A stretch of 32,000 nucleotides of DNA from contig JBFWSH010000004.1 of the NCBI GenBank assembly GCA_050248475.1, forward strand, positions 112,317 through 144,316, written 5' to 3'. The DNA is from Flavobacteriales bacterium (GTDB lineage: Bacteria; Bacteroidota; Bacteroidia; Flavobacteriales_E; Vicingaceae). Below are positions 8,913 through 17,185 of this stretch, piece after piece. Under the pieces are notes generated by a model. The model saw only the letters and a program-made list of their open reading frames with translations, made no database searches and was not told the DNA's origin. Position numbers and translations under genes: made by a program. How positions within the stretch are numbered: position 1 is the stretch's first letter; the number at the start of each line of letters is the position of its first letter.

Positions 8913-10190
8913 ATGATAACAGTAACCGAATTATATCAGATATATTTAAAACATCCTATCATTTCAACAGATACAAGAAAAATTGATAAAGGATGTTTAT
9001 TTTTTGCATTAAAAGGCGAAAATTTTAATGCAAACGAGTTTGCTGAAGAAGCGTTAGAAAAAGGTGCTGCATACGTTATAATTGACGATCCACAAAAGAT
9101 AACATCCCCACAATTTATTTTGGTTAAAGATGTATTAAAAACATTACAAGAACTAGCAAATTTTCACAGAAATCAATTTAAAATACCGTTTATAGGAATT
9201 ACTGGTTCGAATGGAAAAACTACTAGCAAGGAATTAGTAAACGCTGTTTTAAGTCAAAAATACAAGACAAGCTTTACACAGGGAAATTTTAACAATCACA
9301 TTGGCGTTCCTTTAACATTATTATCCATTCCATCAGATTGTGAAATTGCTATCATAGAAATGGGAGCAAATCATATTGGCGAAATTGGAGCATTATGTGA
9401 AATTGCAGAACCAAATTATGGTGTAATTACCAACATTGGAACTGCTCATATTGAAGGATTTGGAAGTCGTGAAGGGATAATTACCGGAAAAAGTGAACTC
9501 TATAAGTTCATTTCAAAAACCAATGGAACATTATTTGTTAATCAAAATGATAAACTCTTAGTTTCTTTATCAAAAGAAATTAAAACAGTTCTATATTCCA
9601 CTGCAAATATCAATGACTTTCATTCCAATCCTTTTCTCTCTTTCAATTATAAAGATATTACAATCTCTTCGCAACTATACGGCGAATATAATTTACCAAA
9701 CATTTTATTGGCTATTACCGTTGGAGAATACTTTGGAGTATCAGTACCACAAATTAAGACTGCACTTGAAAATTACGTTTCAACTAACAATAGATCTCAA
9801 ATAGTAAGATTAAACCATCTCAATCTATATCTGGATGCCTACAATGCAAACCCGTCTAGCATGAGTGTAGCCATTGATTCTTTTAACTCTATTAATTCTA
9901 CTAATAAATTACTTATTCTTGGCGACATGCTAGAGCTTGGTTCCATTAGTGAAGAAGAGCATCAAAAAATAGTTGATAAAATCCTTCAACTAGGTTTAAC
10001 CTCTTTATTCGTAGGTAATGAATTTCAAAAAATAACAAACAAATACAATTTCAATTTCGTCAAAAATACAGATGAGGCTATTTTGTTTTTAGAATCTAGA
10101 CTTAAAGATTATTCAGATATTCTGATTAAAGGTTCAAGAGGTATTCGACTAGAAAAAGTCGCAGAATATATACAAAAAAAGGAGGCTTAG
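8913..10190 (+). CDS. murF: UDP-N-acetylmuramoyl-tripeptide--D-alanyl-D-alanine ligase
   Basis: MITVTELYQIYL...DTRKIDKGCLFFALKGENFNANEF and the Mur-ligase P-loop GITGSNGKTTSKE. The track start at 8817 overlaps the gldJ 3' end and would run through the gldJ terminator hairpin, so ATG 8913 (in frame, 32 codons downstream) is preferred. Confidence 0.9.
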   Translation: MITVTELYQIYLKHPIISTDTRKIDKGCLFFALKGENFNANEFAEEALEKGAAYVIIDDPQKITSPQFILVKDVLKTLQELANFHRNQFKIPFIGITGSNGKTTSKELVNAVLSQKYKTSFTQGNFNNHIGVPLTLLSIPSDCEIAIIEMGANHIGEIGALCEIAEPNYGVITNIGTAHIEGFGSREGIITGKSELYKFISKTNGTLFVNQNDKLLVSLSKEIKTVLYSTANINDFHSNPFLSFNYKDITISSQLYGEYNLPNILLAITVGEYFGVSVPQIKTALENYVSTNNRSQIVRLNHLNLYLDAYNANPSSMSVAIDSFNSINSTNKLLILGDMLELGSISEEEHQKIVDKILQLGLTSLFVGNEFQKITNKYNFNFVKNTDEAILFLESRLKDYSDILIKGSRGIRLEKVAEYIQKKEA

Positions 10191-10203
10191 GCCTCCTTTT
10201 TTT
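10174..10203. terminator. Bidirectional intrinsic terminator between convergent murF and acyl-CoA dehydrogenase
   Basis: aaaaaaa-GGAGGC-ttag-GCCTCC-ttttttt. The murF TAG stop lies in the loop. The A7/T7 flanks allow function in both directions. Confidence 0.75.
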
Positions 10204-10220
10204 GTATGATGAATTTGAAA

Positions 10221-11360
10221 CTATCTTAAAACAGCTCTCGAAATTACTATTTTTTGAACCTCACTTGTCCCCTCATAAATTTGAGTGATTTTAGCATCTC
10301 TCATCATTCTTTCTACATGGTATTCTTTAACAAAACCATAACCACCATGAACCTGAACAGCTTCTGTAGTTACCCACATTGCGGTTTTAGAAGCAAAAAC
10401 TTTTGCCATAGCTCCCTCTTTATCAAAATTTTGTTTTTGATCTTTTAACCAAGCAGCTTTTAAACATAATAATCTTGAAGCTTCAATTTCTGTGGCCATG
10501 TCTGCCAATTTAAAAGCTATTGCTTGATGATTACAAATAGCTTTTCCGAAAGCCTCTCTCTCTTTTGAATAAGCTAAGGCCAGTTCATAAGCTCCAGACG
10601 CAATTCCTAATGCCTGAGAAGCAATACCTATCCTTCCACCTGAAAGCACTGTCATGGCAAATTTAAATCCAAAACCATCCTCTCCTATTCTATTTGCTTT
10701 TGGAACCTTAACATCATTAAACAACAGCGTATGTGTATCTGATGCTCTAATTCCCATTTTATTCTCTTTTGCTCCTACCACAAAACCTTCCATTCCTTTT
10801 TCAACAATAAAAGCATTAATACCTTTATGTCCTTTTGCAACATCTGTTTGAGCAATAACAATATGATAAGAAGCTGAACCACCATTAGTAATCCAGTTTT
10901 TTGTTCCATTTAACAAATAATAATCCCCCTTATCAATTGCTGTTGTTCGTTGAGAAGTAGCATCTGATCCCGCTTCCGGCTCTGATAAACAAAAAGCACC
11001 AATTTTTTCACCTTTAGCACATGGAACTAAATATTTTTGTTTTTGCTCTTCTGTACCATATTTTTCAATTCCCCAACAATATAAAGAGTTATTTACCGAC
11101 ATTACAACCGAACAAGAAGCATCTACTTTACTAATTTCTTCCATTGCAAGAACATAAGAAATAGTGTCCATGCCACCGCCACCATACTTTGGGTCAACCA
11201 TCATTCCTAAAAACCCAAGTTCACCTAATTGGCGGATTTCTTCTTTAGGAAACTGTTGTTTCTCATCTCTTTCAATAACCCCTGGTTTTAACACATTTTG
11301 AGCAAAATCTCTTGCAGCATCTCTAACTGCAATATGTTCTTCTGTAAGTTCTATATTCAT
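10221..11360 (-). CDS. Acyl-CoA dehydrogenase (short/butyryl-CoA dehydrogenase-like), paralog 1
   Basis: ACAD fold motifs (GAFCLSEPEAGSD, catalytic-Glu context IYEGTSEVQ). The track start TTG 11393 lies inside a minus-strand TAAATTTG promoter box, so ATG 11360 (MNIELTEEHIAVRDAARDF) is preferred. Confidence 0.9.
   Translation of the reverse strand: MNIELTEEHIAVRDAARDFAQNVLKPGVIERDEKQQFPKEEIRQLGELGFLGMMVDPKYGGGGMDTISYVLAMEEISKVDASCSVVMSVNNSLYCWGIEKYGTEEQKQKYLVPCAKGEKIGAFCLSEPEAGSDATSQRTTAIDKGDYYLLNGTKNWITNGGSASYHIVIAQTDVAKGHKGINAFIVEKGMEGFVVGAKENKMGIRASDTHTLLFNDVKVPKANRIGEDGFGFKFAMTVLSGGRIGIASQALGIASGAYELALAYSKEREAFGKAICNHQAIAFKLADMATEIEASRLLCLKAAWLKDQKQNFDKEGAMAKVFASKTAMWVTTEAVQVHGGYGFVKEYHVERMMRDAKITQIYEGTSEVQKIVISRAVLR
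10479..10526 (-). repeat. 48-nt patch in ACAD paralog 1 that is 46/48 identical to 16536..16583 (inverted orientation)
   Basis: Reverse complement reads caagcaatagcttttaaattggcagaCatggcCacagaaattgaagct, encoding QAIAFKLADMATEIEA. Confidence 0.85.
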
Positions 11361-11390
11361 TTGTTTAATTTTTATATTTTTGAAGGAGTG

Positions 11391-11421
11391 CAAATTTAAT
11401 TCTTTAAATCAAAATTTCAAA
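11391..11421 (-). promoter_or_regulatory. Bacteroidetes-type promoter TTTG-N19-TAAATTTG (minus strand) for acyl-CoA dehydrogenase paralog 1
   Basis: Plus-strand caaa at 11418..11421 and caaattta at 11391..11398, giving consensus spacing on the minus strand, 31 nt upstream of ATG 11360. Confidence 0.5.
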
Positions 11422-11425
11422 TTTT

Positions 11426-12496
11426 ATGGAGACTTATCGTGTAATAGGAATAATGTCGGGAACATCTATAGATGGAATTGATTTAGCACTTTGTGATTTC
11501 ATAAAAAACGACCATAGTAAATGGTCATTTGAAATCATTACATCAACAACTGTTGAGTATGATCTTTATATGAAACAGAAATTGAAAGATGCAATACATT
11601 TTTCAGGGTTTGATTTGATGTTACTACATAATGAAATTGGAAATTTAATAGGAAAATCAGTAAATCATTTTATTTCTGACAATAAGATTACTAAGAAGGA
11701 AATTGATTTCATTTCCTCTCATGGGCACACTATTTTTCATCAACCATCTAAAAATATTACCACTCAAATTGGTAATGGTGCAAATATTTCAGCAATTACT
11801 AAATTGCCTGTTATTTGCGATTTCAGGAGTATCGATGTCGCTTTAAATGGGCAAGGTGCTCCGCTTGTTCCTATTGGTGATAAATTATTGTTTTCAGAAT
11901 ATAACTACAGGTTAAATTTAGGTGGAATTGCTAATATATCTTTCGAGGATGAGGATAAAATTATCGCTTATGATATTTGTCCTGTAAATATTGTATTAAA
12001 CAAGTTGGTTGGATCCATTAACTTACATTACGACAATGAAGGAAAAATTGCTCGATCTGGCAAATTAAACTTGCCACTTTTAAAAGAACTGAATGAATTA
12101 AGCTTTTACCAAAAAAAACCTCCTAAATCATTAGGAATAGAATGGGTAGAAAAAGAAATGTTTCCGATTTTGAATAAATACGAAATAGAATTAAATGATA
12201 AGTTAAGAACATTTGTTGAGCATATTGCTATACAAATCTCCAATAGTATAACTGGAAAAAACAAATCAGTGTTAATTACAGGAGGAGGAACATATAACAC
12301 TTTTTTAATTGATCGACTTAAAGAAATTTCTTCGTGTAAAATTGTTATTCCAAAAAAACAAACCATAGAATTTAAAGAAGCTTTGATATTTGCATTTCTG
12401 GGTGTTCTTCGCCATCGAAACGAGGTGAATTGCTTATCATCAGTAACTGGAGCAACTTCTAATAATATTGGAGGATGTATTTATAAAGTCTTCTGA
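11426..12496 (+). CDS. anmK: Anhydro-N-acetylmuramic acid kinase
   Basis: 356 aa. N-terminal GIMSGTSIDGIDLAL ATPase motif and overall AnmK-like length and pattern. Confidence 0.85.
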   Translation: METYRVIGIMSGTSIDGIDLALCDFIKNDHSKWSFEIITSTTVEYDLYMKQKLKDAIHFSGFDLMLLHNEIGNLIGKSVNHFISDNKITKKEIDFISSHGHTIFHQPSKNITTQIGNGANISAITKLPVICDFRSIDVALNGQGAPLVPIGDKLLFSEYNYRLNLGGIANISFEDEDKIIAYDICPVNIVLNKLVGSINLHYDNEGKIARSGKLNLPLLKELNELSFYQKKPPKSLGIEWVEKEMFPILNKYEIELNDKLRTFVEHIAIQISNSITGKNKSVLITGGGTYNTFLIDRLKEISSCKIVIPKKQTIEFKEALIFAFLGVLRHRNEVNCLSSVTGATSNNIGGCIYKVF

Positions 12497-12521
12497 TTTT
12501 TTTTAATCAATAAAGTTTATT

Positions 12522-12529
12522 TATATTTG
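12522..12529 (+). promoter_or_regulatory. -7 box TATATTTG upstream of the NSS transporter
   Basis: Exact TAnnTTTG match 34 nt upstream of ATG 12563. No clear -33 element. Confidence 0.35.
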
Positions 12530-12562
12530 AAAAATTCAGAAATCAATAATCATAAAAATTAA

Positions 12563-14068
12563 ATGACTCAAGAAAAAGAAGCATGGGGCTCGAGAATAGG
12601 TTTAATCCTAGCTATGGCCGGCAACTCAGTTGGACTTGGAAACTTTTTGCGTTTCCCTGCACAAGCTATTGATAATGGTGGTGGAGCTTTTATCATTCCT
12701 TATTTAGTTTGTTTTTTATTAATGGGTATTCCCTTATTATTTGTAGAGTGGTCAATGGGACGTTATGGTGGGCAATTTGGCCAACACAGTACTCCTTTTA
12801 TCTTTAATTCATTTAGTAAACAGCCTTTTTGGAAATATTTTGGGGTTTTTGGAATCTTTACCAATGTAGCAGTAGCTGCTTTTTATTGTTACTTAGAATC
12901 TTGGGCACTATCGTGGGCATATTTTACATTGACTGGAGAGTTTACAGGTATGTCGCAAGCCGAAGTTGGGCAATTTTTTACCGACTATATTGGATTGGGA
13001 ACTAGCCAACCCATAGTGTTTTGGTTAATTTGTCTAACCATTAATACCTTTATTCTTTCTAGAGGATTATCCGGAGGAGTTGAAAAGGTGGCAAAGATTG
13101 GAATGCCTTTATTGTTATTGTTTGGTGTTGTGCTAGCAGTTAGTGGAATCACTATCGAAGCTGGTCAAAGTGGAGCAATAAATGATGGTACAGTAGGATT
13201 AAGCTATCTATGGACTCCTGATTTTTCATCCATTTGGAATTTTGATGTTTGGGTTGCAGCTGCTGGGCAAATCTTCTTTACACTATCATTAGGAATGGGA
13301 AGTATTCATTGTTATGCTTCTTATGTAAAACGAAAAGATGATATTGCCCTAAATGCAATGTCAGCAGGCTGGATGAACGGTTTTGTTGAAATCGTTTTAG
13401 GTTCTGCAATTATAATTCCTATTGCTATTGGTTATTTAGGTATTCCAGCTGTTGAAGAGATGACTGCAGGAGGCTCTGGTCTTGGAATTGGTTTTGCTGT
13501 TCTTCCATCTTTATTCTCTAACTGGGGAACATTTGGTATTGTTGCAGGCTTTATGTGGTTTGGATTATTATTCTTTGCAGGTATTACATCTTCTTTAGCG
13601 ATGGGAACGCCTGTTATGGGGTTTTTAGAAGACAATTTTTCATGGAAAAGAGTTCCATCAGCATTATTTTTTGGTTGCTTGGTTGGGTTACTTGGTATCC
13701 CTTGTGTATTATCTCAGGATGCCTTTAATGAATTTGATTATTGGGCAGGAACAGTTGCTTTAGTTATTTTTGCTTTAGTAGAAATCATTCTCTTTGCATG
13801 GGTTTTTGGGATGGAAAAAGGTTGGAAAGAAATTAACCATGGAGCAGACATTAAAGTACCTGTTTTATTCAAATATGTAATCAAATATGTTTCACCTGTT
13901 TTTTTATTAATTGTATTTATTGGCGGTGCTCCAGCAATTTGGGAAAACGCAACAAAAGACACTTCATTTTATGGGATATTAGCTAGAATATTAATGTTAG
14001 CACTGTTTTTAGCTATTTCAATTTTAGTCTATATCGCTTCCAAAAACCTAAAAAATCAAGAACAATGA
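12563..14068 (+). CDS. Sodium-dependent transporter, neurotransmitter:sodium symporter (NSS/SNF) family
   Basis: 501 aa polytopic membrane protein with the NSS signature WGSRIGLILAMAGNSVGLGNFLRFP near the N-terminus. Confidence 0.9.
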   Translation: MTQEKEAWGSRIGLILAMAGNSVGLGNFLRFPAQAIDNGGGAFIIPYLVCFLLMGIPLLFVEWSMGRYGGQFGQHSTPFIFNSFSKQPFWKYFGVFGIFTNVAVAAFYCYLESWALSWAYFTLTGEFTGMSQAEVGQFFTDYIGLGTSQPIVFWLICLTINTFILSRGLSGGVEKVAKIGMPLLLLFGVVLAVSGITIEAGQSGAINDGTVGLSYLWTPDFSSIWNFDVWVAAAGQIFFTLSLGMGSIHCYASYVKRKDDIALNAMSAGWMNGFVEIVLGSAIIIPIAIGYLGIPAVEEMTAGGSGLGIGFAVLPSLFSNWGTFGIVAGFMWFGLLFFAGITSSLAMGTPVMGFLEDNFSWKRVPSALFFGCLVGLLGIPCVLSQDAFNEFDYWAGTVALVIFALVEIILFAWVFGMEKGWKEINHGADIKVPVLFKYVIKYVSPVFLLIVFIGGAPAIWENATKDTSFYGILARILMLALFLAISILVYIASKNLKNQEQ

Positions 14069-14217
14069 CAACAAGTGCTTTAATATTAATGGTTAGCGTA
14101 TGGACTATTGTAACCTGCGTTACAGGATTTTTCTTTTACAAAGTTCTTACAACAAAACCTAATCCAGAACCAGACTCGTATGAAGATAACGACGATGTGG
14201 TTGAAAGAAAACAATAA
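14065..14217 (+). CDS. Small single-pass membrane protein, candidate MetS-like NSS transporter small subunit
   Basis: Below the ORF-track size cutoff. ATG 14065 overlaps the transporter stop as ATGA. Translation is MTTSALILMVSVWTIVTCVTGFFFYKVLTTKPNPEPDSYEDNDDVVERKQ (50 aa): one hydrophobic helix plus an acidic tail. It fills the otherwise non-coding 14069..14239 gap. Confidence 0.6.
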   Translation: MTTSALILMVSVWTIVTCVTGFFFYKVLTTKPNPEPDSYEDNDDVVERKQ

Positions 14218-14239
14218 ACCCTCGCTTTAGTTTATTGCT

Positions 14240-15160
14240 ATGAACATTAAAGACTACTTTTCTTTTACCAAAGGTGAAAAAAGAGGGGTTGTCTTTTTGT
14301 TGATGCTAATTATTTTATTTACGACTTCATTATTTTTTATAAAAAATTTCAAGTCAAATTCAACCACTAATTTCTCAGCATTTGAAAATGAAATTACTCA
14401 TTTCGAAAATGAGCTGAAAACTCATTTAATTAATGATAGTTTAGCTAGATTAAATCGTCAAACAATTTATTTGCCCGATAGTCTTTTTGATTTTAATCCA
14501 AATACCATTAATGATAGTGATTGGGTAAAACTTGGATTTAAAGAATGGCAAGTTAAAACCATTAATAACTATAAAACAAAAGGTGGAAAATTTAGATTTA
14601 AATCGGATGTAAGTAAAATATTTGGTATTACTGATACATTGTATCAAATGTTATTTCCTTATATTTTATTACCTGAAAAAACAGAAAAAGAGTCCTTTCA
14701 AAATACCTATACAAATAAGTCTAATAATAGCCATTTTGAACCATTCACAAAAAAAGAAACAATAATTGTTGATATAAATTTAGCTGATACCTCAGAATTT
14801 AAATCTCTAAAAGGAATTGGATCAGCTTTTTCAAAACGAATAGTAAATTATAGAGAATCACTAGGCGGATTCATTTCAACTGAACAATTAAAAGAAGTTT
14901 ATGGAATTAACGATGAGATTTTCAATAGCATAAAACCTTTTGTTAAAATTTCTAACAAAAATCCAAACTTAATTAATATTAATCATGTTGACTTAGAAAC
15001 ATTAAAAAAACATCCATACATAGACTGGAAAATAGCAAAAACAATAATTACTTATCGAAATAGCCATGGAAATTATAAAGATGTTAATGATATTAGACAA
15101 ATTCACTTGGTAACTGACGAAATATATACTAAAATTGCACCTTATTTAACAATAAAATAA
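14240..15160 (+). CDS. ComEA-like helix-hairpin-helix DNA-binding protein with N-terminal membrane anchor
   Basis: 306 aa. TM segment GVVFLLMLIILFTTSLFFI, then repeated HhH modules (e.g. INLADTSEFKSLKGIGSAFSKRIVNYRE and NHVDLETLKKHPYIDWKIAKTIITYR). Confidence 0.7.
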   Translation: MNIKDYFSFTKGEKRGVVFLLMLIILFTTSLFFIKNFKSNSTTNFSAFENEITHFENELKTHLINDSLARLNRQTIYLPDSLFDFNPNTINDSDWVKLGFKEWQVKTINNYKTKGGKFRFKSDVSKIFGITDTLYQMLFPYILLPEKTEKESFQNTYTNKSNNSHFEPFTKKETIIVDINLADTSEFKSLKGIGSAFSKRIVNYRESLGGFISTEQLKEVYGINDEIFNSIKPFVKISNKNPNLININHVDLETLKKHPYIDWKIAKTIITYRNSHGNYKDVNDIRQIHLVTDEIYTKIAPYLTIK

Positions 15161-15161
15161 A

Positions 15162-15689
15162 ATGGTAGCAGATAAACTGAAAACTATAATTCGAGATGTA
15201 CCTGATTTTCCAAAACCTGGGATTATTTTTAAAGACATTACTCCCATCCTACTGGACGCAAAACTTACTAAAGAGGTAGTTTCAGAATTAGCAAAAACAA
15301 CTCAATCTTTAAATTTAAATGCCATAGTTGGTATTGAAAGTAGAGGTTTCTGGTTTGGAATAATGTTGGCAAACGAATTAGGAATTCCTTTTATCCCAAT
15401 TCGAAAAAAAGGCAAGTTACCATACAAGACATTATCCTACAGATATGATTTGGAATATGGCTCTGCTGAAGTAGAAGTTCATGAAGATGCTATTCAAAAA
15501 AATTGGAATGTTTTAGTACATGATGATTTATTGGCAACTGGTGGAACAGCTAAAGCTGCTTCTGAATTGATTTTAATGCAAGGAGGAAATGTTGCTGGTT
15601 TCAGTTTTGTTGTAGAGCTAGACTTCTTAAACGGAAGAAGTGAACTCTTGAAATACTCAAAAAATATAATTAGTTTAGCAAACTTTTAA
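15162..15689 (+). CDS. apt: Adenine phosphoribosyltransferase
   Basis: 175 aa. IRDVPDFPKPGIIFKDITPIL and the PRPP-binding motif VLVHDDLLATGGTA. Confidence 0.93.
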   Translation: MVADKLKTIIRDVPDFPKPGIIFKDITPILLDAKLTKEVVSELAKTTQSLNLNAIVGIESRGFWFGIMLANELGIPFIPIRKKGKLPYKTLSYRYDLEYGSAEVEVHEDAIQKNWNVLVHDDLLATGGTAKAASELILMQGGNVAGFSFVVELDFLNGRSELLKYSKNIISLANF

Positions 15690-15698
15690 AAAATTACA

Positions 15699-16841
15699 AT
15701 GATAGATTTTAAATATACTGAAAATCAGTTGATGATAGCTGATATGATTAGAGAATTTGGCGAAAAAAATATTCGTCCAAAAATGATGGAATGGGATAAT
15801 GCGCAAACCTTTCCCATTGAAGTATTTAAAAAATTAGGAGAATTAGGTCTAATGGGAGCTCTAGTGCCCCAAGAGTATGGTGGTTCAGGCATGAGTTACA
15901 ATGAATATGTAACTGTAGTTTCAGAAATTTCTAAAATATGCGGTTCAATAGGTTTGTCTGTTGCTGCTCATAACTCTCTTTGCACAAATCATATTTTGAT
16001 GTTTGGTAACGAAGAACAAAAAAAGAAATGGTTACCAAAATTAGCCACGGCAGAATGGATTGGTGCTTGGGGATTAACTGAGCACAATACAGGTTCTGAT
16101 GCTGGAGGAATGAATACAACAGCAAAAAAAGACGGAGATTATTGGGTGTTAAATGGTGCAAAAAACTTTATAACTCATGCTATTTCAGGAGATGTAGCCG
16201 TTGTAATTGCCAGAACTGGTGAAAAAGGTGACTCAAGAGGAATGACTGCCTTTGTTATCGAGAAAGGAACATCAGGATTTTCTTCAGGAAAAAAGGAAGA
16301 TAAACTTGGTATGAGAGCTTCAGAAACTGCTGAATTAATTTTTGCAGACTGTAGAGTTCACAACGACAATGTACTTGGAAATGTTGGTGAAGGTTTTATA
16401 CAAGCTATGAAAGTATTGGATGGTGGTAGAATTTCTATTGCTTCTTTAGGGTTAGGAATTGCCAAAGGTGCATACGAGGCAGCCTTAAAATATTCGAAAG
16501 AAAGAGAACAGTTTGGAAAAGCGATTAGTGAATTTCAAGCAATAGCTTTTAAATTGGCAGATATGGCTACAGAAATTGAAGCTGCAGAACTTTTAATATT
16601 TGAAGCTGCAGATTTAAAAGATAGACATAAAGATGTTACAAAAGTATCTGCGATGGCTAAATACTATTCATCAGAAGTTGCAGTGAGAGTATCAACTGAA
16701 GCTGTTCAAATTTTTGGTGGTTATGGCTATACAAAAGAATTTCCAGCAGAGAAATTTTATAGAGACTCAAAACTATGTACAATAGGTGAAGGAACCTCAG
16801 AAATACAGAAATTAGTCATCTCAAGAGAAATTTTAAAATAA
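15699..16841 (+). CDS. Acyl-CoA dehydrogenase, paralog 2
   Basis: 380 aa. ACAD motifs (GAWGLTEHNTGSD, IGEGTSEIQ). About half the residues match paralog 1 by eye. Confidence 0.9.
   Translation: MIDFKYTENQLMIADMIREFGEKNIRPKMMEWDNAQTFPIEVFKKLGELGLMGALVPQEYGGSGMSYNEYVTVVSEISKICGSIGLSVAAHNSLCTNHILMFGNEEQKKKWLPKLATAEWIGAWGLTEHNTGSDAGGMNTTAKKDGDYWVLNGAKNFITHAISGDVAVVIARTGEKGDSRGMTAFVIEKGTSGFSSGKKEDKLGMRASETAELIFADCRVHNDNVLGNVGEGFIQAMKVLDGGRISIASLGLGIAKGAYEAALKYSKEREQFGKAISEFQAIAFKLADMATEIEAAELLIFEAADLKDRHKDVTKVSAMAKYYSSEVAVRVSTEAVQIFGGYGYTKEFPAEKFYRDSKLCTIGEGTSEIQKLVISREILK
16536..16583 (+). repeat. 48-nt patch in ACAD paralog 2, partner of 10479..10526
   Basis: caagcaatagcttttaaattggcagaTatggcTacagaaattgaagct, encoding QAIAFKLADMATEIEA. 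14 of 16 codons are identical to paralog 1. Confidence 0.85.
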
Positions 16842-16867
16842 AATAAGGGATATTAAAAATAAATTGA

Positions 16868-16875
16868 TAAATTTG
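16868..16875 (+). promoter_or_regulatory. -7 box TAAATTTG upstream of rpsU
   Basis: Exact TAnnTTTG match 36 nt upstream of ATG 16911. No clear -33 element. Confidence 0.35.
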
Positions 16876-16910
16876 CCACCCTTTAAAAATAATATTTAAA
16901 TACAAACACA

Positions 16911-17102
16911 ATGATAATTGTTCCAATAAAAGACGGAGAAAACATCGAAAGAGCTTTAAAAAAATACAAGAAAAAGTTTGAAAAAACTGGTGTTGTTAAA
17001 GAACTTAGAAATAGAAAACAATTCGACAAACCTTCTGTAATTAACAGAGCTGAAAAAATAAAAGCGGTTTATGTTGAACAGCTAAGAAAAGCTGAACAAT
17101 AA
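16911..17102 (+). CDS. rpsU: 30S ribosomal protein S21
   Basis: 63 aa. MIIVPIKDGENIERALKKYKKKFEKTGVVKELRNRKQFDKPS is a typical bS21 sequence. Confidence 0.93.
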   Translation: MIIVPIKDGENIERALKKYKKKFEKTGVVKELRNRKQFDKPSVINRAEKIKAVYVEQLRKAEQ

Positions 17103-17126
17103 AATTTCGCTTATCATCTACTTAAA

Positions 17127-17185
17127 AGTAGTTTACCAAATAACTTTTTAATTTAAAATACGTTATTTAGTAAACTACTTTTTTT
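17127..17185 (+). terminator. Long AT-rich hairpin plus T6 after rpsU, abutting the recombinase start codon
   Basis: 18-nt arms agtagtttaccaaataac (17127..17144) and gttatttagtaaactact (17162..17179), 17/18 complementary, with a 17-nt spacer. Followed by tttttt and then ATG 17186. Confidence 0.55.
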
